A stretch of 64,000 bases of DNA from an uncultured delta proteobacterium. Its GTDB lineage: Bacteria > Desulfobacterota > Binatia > UBA9968. The notes beneath the pieces are model-generated. The model was not told the DNA's origin and searched no databases. It worked only from the letters and a program-made list of their open reading frames with translations. A program made the translations under genes and the position numbers. Shown one piece after another: positions 51,651 to 60,743 of this stretch. The stretch is taken from the NCBI GenBank assembly GCA_963745835.1, contig CAVUZH010000019.1, forward strand, positions 224,001 through 288,000. The letters run 5' to 3'. Numbering within the stretch: position 1 is the first letter of the stretch; each line of letters opens with the position of its first letter.

Positions 51651-52961
51651 CTATGGCGCTTGATCTTCAGTTCTTCTCTTCTCTTTTCGTGTTCCAAAGT
51701 ATACTAGGGCAAGAAGGGCGATATCGTCCCATTGTGGCGCTCCAGCGGCATACTGCCTCACGTCGTCGACCAAATCGCCGATGATTTGTCGCGGATAAGA
51801 ACGACGATTGCTCGTCAGGAATCGCGCGAGCCGCCGATCCGAGTACGGTATCTCGTTTGGGTCCATTGCCTCGGTCACCCCATCCGTGTAAAGCAGCAAG
51901 GCCTCGCCAGGCCCGAGAACCATCCGCCCCGACGCATAGGGACTTTGCTTTACCAGTCCCAGAGCCCTACCGCCGAAATTTAACAACGGACTCACGCCGC
52001 TGTGTTGGAGGTGATAAGGCAGGTTGTGCCCACCGTTACTAAAATCGACCTGACCGGTGCTGATATTCAAGATAGCGCAAAAAAGAGTGACGAACATGCA
52101 GGACTCGTTATCGCCACAGATCTCGGCATTCAAGCGCGCGAGGATTTCACCGGGAGTGCCACCGCTGCCGGCGGTCGCTCTGAACAGCGTCTTGGTCACG
52201 GCCATAAAGAGAGACGCGGGCACTCCTTTGCCGGAGACATCGCCGATAGCAAAGCATAGATGATCGTCATCGATAAAGAAAAAATCGTAGAAGTCTCCTC
52301 CCACTTCTTTCGCCGGTGCAATCGAGGCGAAAATGTCGAATTCGTGGCGCTCTGGGAAGGGAGGAAAAATCTTGGGCAGCATACTCATTTGAATGTCGTG
52401 CGCGAGCTTTAGCGCCTCCTCCATCCGCTCCTTCTCGACATAGGCTTCGATCAAGCGGGCCCGCTCCAGCGCTACTGTTATATGAGCACTTAACCCGCCC
52501 AGAAGCGACTCATCGCTTTCATTAAACACTTCTTGGTCTTTCTTGTTCAGCACCTGAATGACGCCGATCAGCTTATCCCCGTTGCCGATCAGAGGCATAC
52601 AGAGAATGCAACGCGTGCGGTAGCCGGTCTCCTTGTCGAACTTTGGATAAAACCTGGCGTCGGCGTAGGTGTCAGGACAGTTAATCGGCGTACGGGTTTT
52701 GGCCACGGTTCCGGCAATGCCGACCCCGAGCGGAACCCGAATTTCCTTTATTTCAAGCCTTTGCGTAGTCTTGCTCCAAAGCTCGTTACGAGATTCGTCA
52801 TAGAGGAAGAGTGAGGCGCGATCCGCGTCCAAGACTTCGGCGGCTTCCTGCACAATCACTTGCAACAGGTCATCCAATCTAATTTCAGTGGCCAAAGCCT
52901 TCGAAACCCTCAAAAAAGCGTTGAGGTTTCGCGTCTGACGTTGGCTATCGCTGAATGTCAT
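51651..52961 (-). CDS. GAF-domain SpoIIE/RsbU-type PP2C phosphatase
   Basis: GAF (GIAG..DTYADARF..LNKK..F..DE); VGGDFYD, GDVSGKG, YTDGVTEA, DDI. Confidence 0.93.
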   Translation of the reverse strand: MTFSDSQRQTRNLNAFLRVSKALATEIRLDDLLQVIVQEAAEVLDADRASLFLYDESRNELWSKTTQRLEIKEIRVPLGVGIAGTVAKTRTPINCPDTYADARFYPKFDKETGYRTRCILCMPLIGNGDKLIGVIQVLNKKDQEVFNESDESLLGGLSAHITVALERARLIEAYVEKERMEEALKLAHDIQMSMLPKIFPPFPERHEFDIFASIAPAKEVGGDFYDFFFIDDDHLCFAIGDVSGKGVPASLFMAVTKTLFRATAGSGGTPGEILARLNAEICGDNESCMFVTLFCAILNISTGQVDFSNGGHNLPYHLQHSGVSPLLNFGGRALGLVKQSPYASGRMVLGPGEALLLYTDGVTEAMDPNEIPYSDRRLARFLTSNRRSYPRQIIGDLVDDVRQYAAGAPQWDDIALLALVYFGTRKEKRRTEDQAP

Positions 52962-53105
52962 TGTGCTTCAGTTTCCCGAAGTAATACCGCGGCGACTTTT
53001 CTGTCTGCGCCAATTTCCATGATCTAAGGCTCCTCTGTCTTCTTTTTATCGGAAATCAGCAGCATAGCCTGAAGCGAGGAGGATTAAACTAAACCCGAAT
53101 AATAG

Positions 53106-53147
53106 CCGCACAAACATAGCGATGTAGAACATCGGATAAGTTCGAGC
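53106..53147. repeat. 42-bp direct repeat with internal palindrome (copy 1)
   Basis: 39/42 identical to 54020-54061; contains CGATGT-AGA-ACATCG. Confidence 0.8.
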
Positions 53148-53199
53148 ACTGCATAGCCTTCCAGAGGCGCGATCTCAGCCGCGACCTGCGCAGCGGTGA

Positions 53200-53564
53200 T
53201 TCTACCCGGCTGCCCGTTAGCCACAGTGTATAGTCTATATACGATTCCGCTTCCAAATAACTCTCGCGAATTTCCGAGTCATAGACCGCCTCCTGCTCGT
53301 CGCGGACCACGTAGAAGAGCCATATTCGCCGGAAATCTCGATTGGTAAGCTCAAAATTAGAGTAACCGACCATATTATGGTGAGCTGTGAAACCGCGCGC
53401 CAAGGCCAGAAGTCGGTTGGAATCTCATCCGGAAATCGGGCTACGATCCAAAGAACGGTCGTGATGATCAGGGAGCCGGTGGTGAGAATCCAACCTGGTC
53501 GCAAGGACTCAAAACTGGGCAAATGCCTGCTAAGAGCATTTCTGAGGATCACGCCTTTATGCAC
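53200..53564 (-). pseudogene. Internally deleted remnant of a possible ferric-reductase-like membrane oxidoreductase
   Basis: N-terminal TM segment joined to an FNR-like piece (IWLFYVVRDEQEAVY). Confidence 0.4.
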
Positions 53565-53630
53565 CCCTCCAGGCGCGGGCCCTTTTTTGACGAGCCGGTC
53601 TATCTGGGATTTAGACTGTATAATTTACGG

Positions 53631-53963
53631 CTAGAGATTCTTGATCGCATCGTCGTCAGAGCCGTAAATGGAAAAAACAGACGAAAACCCGGTTATGTCG
53701 AACACTTCTCTGACTGGACTCTGAAGCGAACAGAACAAGATCTTGCCGTTCGCGCTATTGAGTCGCTTGGCCGCAAGGAGAAACACGCGTAATCCTGAAC
53801 TGCTGATGTAGTCGAGCTGCGCAAGATTGATTACAAAGCGCCGCTCGCCCGATTCTATTTGGCTGAGAAGTTTTTCCTCAAACGTCTTCGCTGTCGTAGC
53901 GTCCAGTTTTCCAGAGAGGCCTAGGGTGACAACGTCCGCAGTTTTGCGTTCGGTAATTTCCAT
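53631..53963 (-). CDS. STAS anti-sigma-factor antagonist
   Basis: GKLD, INLAQLDYISSSGLR; close paralogue of 47894-48250. Confidence 0.92.
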   Translation of the reverse strand: MEITERKTADVVTLGLSGKLDATTAKTFEEKLLSQIESGERRFVINLAQLDYISSSGLRVFLLAAKRLNSANGKILFCSLQSPVREVFDITGFSSVFSIYGSDDDAIKNL

Positions 53964-54019
53964 AACCTAAGTCTCCTATCTCCTCATATCATCAGCACAG
54001 GATTTTCCAGCTCTGGTCA

Positions 54020-54061
54020 CCGCACAAACGTTGCGATGTAGAACATCGGATAAGTTGGAGC
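54020..54061. repeat. 42-bp direct repeat with internal palindrome (copy 2)
   Basis: Partner of 53106-53147. Confidence 0.8.
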
Positions 54062-54097
54062 GCGTGTACCGAAACCTTCTTCGCTAATCTCCATGAC

Positions 54098-56431
54098 CTA
54101 AGCTTTCTGCGTCTTTTTTTTAATCGTCAGCAGATTTCTCTCTCCTTGTCGCTTGTACTCAAGGGCATCCACGATCTTGCGCACAAGATGGATTCCGAGT
54201 CCACCGATCGTCCTTTCGTCCAACAATTTCGCTGTGTCAGGCTCAGGCACATCAAGGGGATTGAAGGGTTGCCCATCATCTTCCACTTCGGCTTTAACCT
54301 CTCCTGCCTGCAAGCTCAGGCGCACTCTGATCTCGTGTTCCCCGCTGTCGGTGTAACCGTAGGAGATAATGTTGGTGAGAATTTCTTCCAGGGCGAGGTT
54401 GAGATCATGCAGGACCTTATCGGATAGTCCAAGTCGGCGGCCGAATTTCGTCAGCGTCTGATTAAAGCGGTCGAGCTCTGAAAGCTTGTTAAAGAGCTTG
54501 ACCTCCACGCGTTCCGTCATTTTCTCCGTGGCCCCGAAATAGCGCAGCGCCAGAACCGTGATATCATCCGATTGCGGCGCTTGGCCAGCGAAATGCCTTA
54601 CATCGCTGACCAAATCGCCAATGATCTGGCGCGGAGCCGAGCTGCGATTCGTTCCTAAGAACTGCTCGAGCCGCTCATCGGAGTAAAGCGTCTTGGCGAG
54701 ATCCATCGCCTCGGTCACGCCATCGGTATAAAGCAGCAAGTCGTCGCCCGGACGAAGAACCATGCGCCCTGTTGCATAGGGGCTTCCCTCCACAAGCCCC
54801 AGGGATATTCCGCCGAAGTTTTCCAAGGGACTAACGCCGTCGCGGCTCAGATAAAACGGCAGATTGTGCCCGGCGTTACTATAATGGACCTCGCCGGTGT
54901 GGATATTCAAGATCCCACAGAAAAAGGTCACGAACATACAGGACTCGTTATCGCGACAAATTTCGGTATTCAACCGCGCGAGGATTTCACCCGGACTGCC
55001 GCCATTGCCGGCGGTCGCGCGAAAGAGAGTTTTGGTGACGGCCATAAACAGCGACGCCGGTACTCCCTTACCGGAGACGTCGCCGACGGCGAAACATAGA
55101 TGATCGTCATCGATGAAGAAGAAATCGTAGAGATCCCCTCCTACCTCTTTGGCCGGTACCAGAGTGGCGAAAATATCGAACTCGCTGCGCTCGGGAAACG
55201 GAGGAAAAATTTTCGGCACCATGCTCATCTGAATATCGTGGGCGATTTGTAGCTCGCTTTCGATGCGTTCCTTCGCCGCGGTGGTTTCCTTGAGGTGCTC
55301 GATGGATTCGTTCAAGCGCCGCGTCATCTCGTTGAACGAGGTCGCAAGAGCGCCAATTTCGTTTTTTGCCGAGATGGCGATTCTTTGAGTGAAGTCACCG
55401 CCTGCGATCCGTCGGGTCATCTCCGTCAAGTCGGCAATGGGCCGGGAAATCGTCTTGGCGCCAAAGATGGCGATCATCGATCCGAGCAACAATACCAACC
55501 CGCTCACCACCATGGCCAACCGAATCCTGTTCTGAATCGCAGCCTGCACGTGATCCGTCGGCAGAGTGACCAGAATTGTTCCACCTTTTAGCTCTCCCCC
55601 CTCTTCGCCGATCGGAACGACGACCTTGAGCAGAGATGCTTCCGAAGAGCTTTCGGTTCGCCCTTCGCGCACCAAGTTGCGCCAATCCGCGAAGTCGGCC
55701 TCGGTCGGCTCCGGAAGCTTGTTGTCTCGGAGCCTCTCCGCATAGTCCACGGTGACCATGTTCTTGTCGAGGACACGGATCGCAATGACGCTTCCGTCGG
55801 ACACCAGCTGGTTGACCAGACGAGTCAGCCCCATGCTCTGCTGCAAGTGTCGGAGCATGGTGGCGTGATAACCGACCTGGACGATGCGCGGCTTATCCAC
55901 CCCCGCGACCCCCACGTACTTGAAAACCTGCGTGTCGATTTCGCGCTGGCGCGCCTCCTGGACGACAGCTTTGCTCTTGCCGGTGAGCAGAGGCCAGAAG
56001 GCGTGAGCCTGGGGTTGCCGCTCCCGATCCGGACTGAACGTGAAGTCTACTTCCGTATTATTTCTTAAGTAAGCATGACCCTTCTCGTCGGTAATCCAGA
56101 TTTCGTCCAGCACCGTGTCGTCGGCAATTTGTTTTAATCGCCGGTTGATTTCCTTCGCGCCGACTCCTGCCGCCTCACCCAGAGCTACCAAATGCGCAGC
56201 GATCGTGGCCTCGACGATCATCTGCTCACCAATCGCTTTCTCGAGATCGCTGGTCACTTGCGCGCCGAAGGCCGCGCTACGAGCCAAGAGCCTGGCGATG
56301 ACCACACCCTGAGCTTCGCTTTCAGCGAGCAATGCCCGGCGCGAGCCCCAAACCACGACTCCCGCGGTGGCGAAGACCGCGACGACGAGCAACAGGGTGA
56401 CCATTAAAAGCGTTTGAGTCTTGATCGTCAC
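54098..56431 (-). CDS. Membrane sensor: TM, Cache-like domain, TM, HAMP, SpoIIE PP2C phosphatase, RsbW-type Ser kinase (HATPase_c_2)
   Basis: AAGGAG RBS then GTG 56431; HAMP (NEIGALATSFNEM); GGDLYD/GDVSGKG/YTDG/DDIT; EEILTNIISYG, EDDG, GGLGIHLV. Confidence 0.92.
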   Translation of the reverse strand: MTIKTQTLLMVTLLLVVAVFATAGVVVWGSRRALLAESEAQGVVIARLLARSAAFGAQVTSDLEKAIGEQMIVEATIAAHLVALGEAAGVGAKEINRRLKQIADDTVLDEIWITDEKGHAYLRNNTEVDFTFSPDRERQPQAHAFWPLLTGKSKAVVQEARQREIDTQVFKYVGVAGVDKPRIVQVGYHATMLRHLQQSMGLTRLVNQLVSDGSVIAIRVLDKNMVTVDYAERLRDNKLPEPTEADFADWRNLVREGRTESSSEASLLKVVVPIGEEGGELKGGTILVTLPTDHVQAAIQNRIRLAMVVSGLVLLLGSMIAIFGAKTISRPIADLTEMTRRIAGGDFTQRIAISAKNEIGALATSFNEMTRRLNESIEHLKETTAAKERIESELQIAHDIQMSMVPKIFPPFPERSEFDIFATLVPAKEVGGDLYDFFFIDDDHLCFAVGDVSGKGVPASLFMAVTKTLFRATAGNGGSPGEILARLNTEICRDNESCMFVTFFCGILNIHTGEVHYSNAGHNLPFYLSRDGVSPLENFGGISLGLVEGSPYATGRMVLRPGDDLLLYTDGVTEAMDLAKTLYSDERLEQFLGTNRSSAPRQIIGDLVSDVRHFAGQAPQSDDITVLALRYFGATEKMTERVEVKLFNKLSELDRFNQTLTKFGRRLGLSDKVLHDLNLALEEILTNIISYGYTDSGEHEIRVRLSLQAGEVKAEVEDDGQPFNPLDVPEPDTAKLLDERTIGGLGIHLVRKIVDALEYKRQGERNLLTIKKKTQKA

Positions 56432-56976
56432 AAGATTTCTCCTTCGCCTTTCATTCGTTCCGGGCCCAGTCAAGCCACATCGCGAATCAAAAAAAAATAG
56501 CCCGATTTTTAAGTGCGACGGCACCAGGTTCAAAACGTTCAATCCGGTCTATCGTCGCTGCGCTATTCAGGACAAGCGCTAGCAAATAATCCTCATTGCG
56601 GGCAAGCGCGAAAACTGGCGCGACTCGGAATCGAGAAAATTGAAAGAGATCTGGAGCCGCTTTCGCGGGTAATGACGGCTGTGAGCGCCGGGATATTCCA
56701 CGGGATTTCTCGAACAGACCAGTACCATCTCGTTTACTCATTCCACTAAGCTCGCGCGTGATTGACACCTCGTCGCTTGAGCGTTATAGGTCGGCTCAGA
56801 AAAGGTTCGTCATGCTTTCTCAGATACAGAGTATGTAAAAACTCAGATCCAAGCTGTTCAAAGAGCTCTTGATGCGCGCCGCGCGACAGGGTCCAGGGTC
56901 AGTACGTCAGCGCGAGGCGGTTGTTGCACGGGGCCTTTTTTGCGGCCTGAATCCCTGCTTAATAGGAGGCAATGTC

Positions 56977-57840
56977 ATGGATAACGTGGAAAGAACCAAA
57001 CCGAAAGACAAGTTCGTTAACGTCGATGGGCTGCAGCTCCGTTATATCGAAGAAGGTTCAGGCCCATCGGTGCTGTTTCTACACGGCGCTTCGCTGGGAA
57101 GCTCGGCGGACGTGTTTCTGCGCAATCTCGGTCCTCTTGCGAAAGCCGGATTTCGTGCGGTCGCCTTTGACCTTCCTGGGTTTGGCCTCTCCGACGTACC
57201 CGCCAAGCAAAGCACGGCGCAGCAACGCAATTCCATTCCTAAATTCATCGATGCCGCGGGATTGGGCAAGACCGCATTGATTGCGCATTCACGCTCCGGC
57301 GGCTTCGCGGTTCAGCTAGCCTTGGAAGATCCCAGCCGCTACTCGCATGTGATCATTCTTGGCACCGGCTCGCTGCTGCCGCCGCAGACCCAGGAGCAGG
57401 TCGGCAAGTACGAAGCGGTCCAGGCGCGCGTCGACAAGGAAATGGCGCAAAAGGAACCGACCCTGGAGGATGCCCGCAAACTCTTGCAGGCCGACACCTT
57501 CAATCATTCGTTGATCTCGGATGAAGACGTGGCGATCCGCCACAGCCGCATGACCGGCCGCAATTTCAAAGCGCATCAGGAACGGCAGAACCAGGATGCC
57601 CCCGCCGGCGGCGGCGCGTCGCAGGCCAAGCCCATATGGCAAAGGCTGACCGAGCTGAAGATGCCGCTTTTGATGTTCTTTGGCCGCGAAGACCGCGCGC
57701 ACGCCGGTGAACGCGCCGAATTGCTTGAAAAAATGCAGCCAGAGATCAATCTCCACATCATCAATGGCTGCAAGCACATGGTGCATTGGGATGCCTTCGA
57801 CGACCTGATGCGCCTGGGCGTGCCTTTTCTGAAGAGCTAG
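56977..57840 (+). CDS. Alpha/beta hydrolase (MhpC-like)
   Basis: FLHGA, DLPGFGLS, AHSRSG, CKHMVH; AGGAGG RBS. Confidence 0.9.
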   Translation: MDNVERTKPKDKFVNVDGLQLRYIEEGSGPSVLFLHGASLGSSADVFLRNLGPLAKAGFRAVAFDLPGFGLSDVPAKQSTAQQRNSIPKFIDAAGLGKTALIAHSRSGGFAVQLALEDPSRYSHVIILGTGSLLPPQTQEQVGKYEAVQARVDKEMAQKEPTLEDARKLLQADTFNHSLISDEDVAIRHSRMTGRNFKAHQERQNQDAPAGGGASQAKPIWQRLTELKMPLLMFFGREDRAHAGERAELLEKMQPEINLHIINGCKHMVHWDAFDDLMRLGVPFLKS

Positions 57841-57964
57841 CAGGCTACTGAAAAAGCCTCATATGCTTCGTTGCGCTTGCCCGACTCGCTTCAACGTACT
57901 GAAGCATACGCCTCAGCTCATCGAACTTCGCGCGCCTTGCCTCTGAGGTTTTTGAGCAGCCTGC
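57837..57964. mobile_element. MITE-like element, second copy (partial)
   Basis: CTAG-CAGGCTACTGAAAAA..catatgcttcgttg..caacgtactg..TTTTTGAGCAGCCTGC, homologous to 34346-34474. Confidence 0.75.
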
Positions 57965-58453
57965 ATATGAATAAGGCCGTCCATAAGTAATCCGGCAGTA
58001 GATTAACAATTAGAGCCGCGTTGGCAATGGCATCGAAGCAACGCGAACAGCTGAATGAATTAGCGAACCTCGAAAGACTTAAGCTCGTGCGGAATAGGTG
58101 TTTAGGTCTAGGAGTCGTCGCCTGCTTGATCGCTATTGAGACTATCGCCGGTTGGGGAATCGGCAATCCCAACAACTGGGCAAGCTCATACGAAGCATTT
58201 GCTGCGGCCGGTGAGCTTCGGTAGGTCTTTGTCCCGCTCATCGGAATTGCCATTGCCCTTTCGCAGTCGGCATTTTCCTGTGCATCGTCGTCGCCCCACG
58301 AGAAGATTGATCCATCACTCTCAGATCCGAAAGATTGTGAGCGAGATCCCTGCACGGCGGGGTCTAACTTTATGGTCGACAATGACGCTCCGCGAGCGTC
58401 GCTCGCACGCGCATCTATCGCGGACGTCATGCGTCACACGATGAGGCGACCTC

Positions 58454-58885
58454 ATGATTTTACCGGTTTGGATGCTGGTCGGATTCGCCGCTTGGACCGT
58501 GTTGTTGTTGCTCGCGACAGTGGGGGTATACCGATGGAGTCGGATTCTGACGGGACGTGTGGCGATACGCGAGTTCCGCGCCGATCAGATTGAGGGAGCC
58601 GATTGGTACAAACGGGCCACGCGGGCACACGCAAACTGCATTGAGAATCTGCCGGTTTTTGGCGCAATCGTTTTCGGGCTGTACGTGGGCAATGTGGGCA
58701 GCGCCTTGGTGAATGCGCTGGCAGTCGCGGTTCTGGTCGCCCGCATCATGCAATCGCTGGTGCATGTATGCTTCATCCAGACCGACATCGTGACATCCGT
58801 GCGCTTCGGCTTCTTCTTCGTGCAGATCGTCAGCTTTCTCTGGTTAACTGTAATCCTACTGACTGAGCTGAGCGGAATCGTATAA
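58454..58885 (+). CDS. MAPEG family membrane protein
   Basis: RATRAHANCIENLPVF; four TMs. Confidence 0.88.
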   Translation: MILPVWMLVGFAAWTVLLLLATVGVYRWSRILTGRVAIREFRADQIEGADWYKRATRAHANCIENLPVFGAIVFGLYVGNVGSALVNALAVAVLVARIMQSLVHVCFIQTDIVTSVRFGFFFVQIVSFLWLTVILLTELSGIV

Positions 58886-59053
58886 CAAGCTCGAACGATT
58901 GAGAGCTCCATCTTTGGAGAGAGCAAAGTCTGTATAACGTAGTCGTATTGACTTCGCCGCAATTCTGGACCCGTCGCATTTTTTTATTTCTCGCTTTCCT
59001 TCTTCAAGAACTCGACACGGGTCTTCGTTGACACTTTGCGAACCAGCTAACCG

Positions 59054-59680
59054 TCATTTCTTTTGAGCTCCCCAAAGCTCTTGGAGGCGGCTGTCGCGGC
59101 CGCAGCCATACCGATAGATTTTGTAGCGAATCGGGTTCTTCTTATAATAATCCTGGTGATAATCTTCGGCCGGATAAAATTCGGAGGCGCGAACGATTTC
59201 AGTCACGATCGATTGTTTGAAACGATCTTGGAGTCGCTTTTTCGAGGCTTCCGCAAGAGTCTTCTGGTTTTGATCGTGATAAAAAACGGCGGAGCGATAT
59301 TGGCTGCCGGAGTCACAGAACTGCGCATTGGCGGTTAACGGATCGATGTTGCGCCAGAACACATCGAGCAGTTTCTCATAGCTGATTTTCTTTGGATCAT
59401 AAGTGATCTCTACCGCTTCCGTGTGGCCGGTGGTACCGGCGCTGACCTGCTCGTAGGTCGGATTCTTCTTAGTGCCGCCCGTATAACCGGAGATTGTCGA
59501 AGTCACGCCTTCGAGCTCATCGTAGGGCGGTTCCATACACCAGAAACAGCCGCCGGCAAACGTTGCTTTGGCCAGCGGCATGCTATCGCGGTTTGACTCA
59601 GCGCCATGCGCAAGGCCTGTCAAAATTAGAAGCATCGCCGCAACTCTTGCCAGCGGCTGTAGAAGAGTTTTGCTTCGCAT
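59054..59680 (-). CDS. msrA: Peptide-methionine (S)-S-oxide reductase with signal peptide
   Basis: AGGCFWC, TGHTEAV, AEDYHQDYY; GGAGG RBS. Confidence 0.95.
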   Translation of the reverse strand: MRSKTLLQPLARVAAMLLILTGLAHGAESNRDSMPLAKATFAGGCFWCMEPPYDELEGVTSTISGYTGGTKKNPTYEQVSAGTTGHTEAVEITYDPKKISYEKLLDVFWRNIDPLTANAQFCDSGSQYRSAVFYHDQNQKTLAEASKKRLQDRFKQSIVTEIVRASEFYPAEDYHQDYYKKNPIRYKIYRYGCGRDSRLQELWGAQKK

Positions 59681-60075
59681 GTATTCCTCCGAATACGCTA
59701 ATTCCCGTCTCCGGCTGATCTTATTCGCTGGTAGCCCGCTCTGCAATCAGAGAGCGCAGTAGAACTCGGTCCGATGTTCCTTTTTAAGTTTTTCAGGAAG
59801 TGCGAATTCGGATGACACCACATTTCATTCCGTTTAATTCGGAATTATTCGTTTATGCGTATCGACAGGCCGAACGGCCTGCCACTGAATGCATGCTAGA
59901 TTGGTCGCCGTGGGGAGCCGCATAGGACCTGAAAACGACCGCGATGTGAGGAAGTCGGAACTGATCAGCGCTCACATTCGACTCTCGCTAGACCACTAAC
60001 GATTGACACATTCTTATCTCGACAGTAGAACCGTTTTAAGAAGCTCATTAGCAAGTGAACCGCTACGGAGGGTTT

Positions 60076-60486
60076 ATGAAAATTGACGGTAGTTGCCATT
60101 GTGGTTTTATCACCTACGAGGCTGAAATCGATGCGGAAAAGGTCGGCGTATGTCATTGCACGGATTGCCAAAGCCTCACGGGTTCAGCTTTTACGACGTC
60201 AGTTTCGGCTGACAAGGAGGCTTTCAGGTTGCTCAGCGGCCAACCAAAAATTTATGTCAAGACCGCGGAAAGCGGCGCTAAGCGAGCTCAGGCTTTCTGT
60301 CCTGAATGCGGATCACGGATTTACGCAGCCGCCGAAATCGATCCACAGACATTCAACCTCCGAGTCGGAACGATTCGCCAGCGACGGGAATTGCGGCCGA
60401 AAACACAATCCTGGTGCCGCTCGTCGCTGGATTGGGTTATGGATTTGGGTTCGGTGCCCCAGAACGCACAGGGCAGACCCAGGTGA
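60076..60486 (+). CDS. GFA (CENP-V) family Zn protein
   Basis: GSCHCG, CHCTDCQ, FCPECGS. Confidence 0.92.
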   Translation: MKIDGSCHCGFITYEAEIDAEKVGVCHCTDCQSLTGSAFTTSVSADKEAFRLLSGQPKIYVKTAESGAKRAQAFCPECGSRIYAAAEIDPQTFNLRVGTIRQRRELRPKTQSWCRSSLDWVMDLGSVPQNAQGRPR

Positions 60487-60743
60487 CAGTAGCTGTTGAT
60501 CCTCCTCATCATTCACATTCAAAGCCAACAGCGGAAAACGGATTGGCGTGGCAAAGAATGGTGGCTTCTGGGAACATTTGTCAGAATTGAATGATGGATT
60601 AGCTAGAGGTTGATCGGTGCGACCCAACATGCTTGTAGCAAGTGATCCTATTCTAGAAGAACAAATCACGGGAGTGCTAGAGATTTTCGCACTGAGGTCG
60701 CCAGGTTGCATGGACGTCGGCCGTTATACGTAAGCAGGTAAAT

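Noticed and set aside
58021-58350. Short membrane-like ORF with an in-frame TAG (possible read-through/pyrrolysine)
   Set aside because: No recognisable family, conserved context or pyl genes; more likely a decayed ORF.
59054-59680. Selenocysteine form of MsrA
   Set aside because: The active site is plain GCFWC and the ORF has no internal stop.
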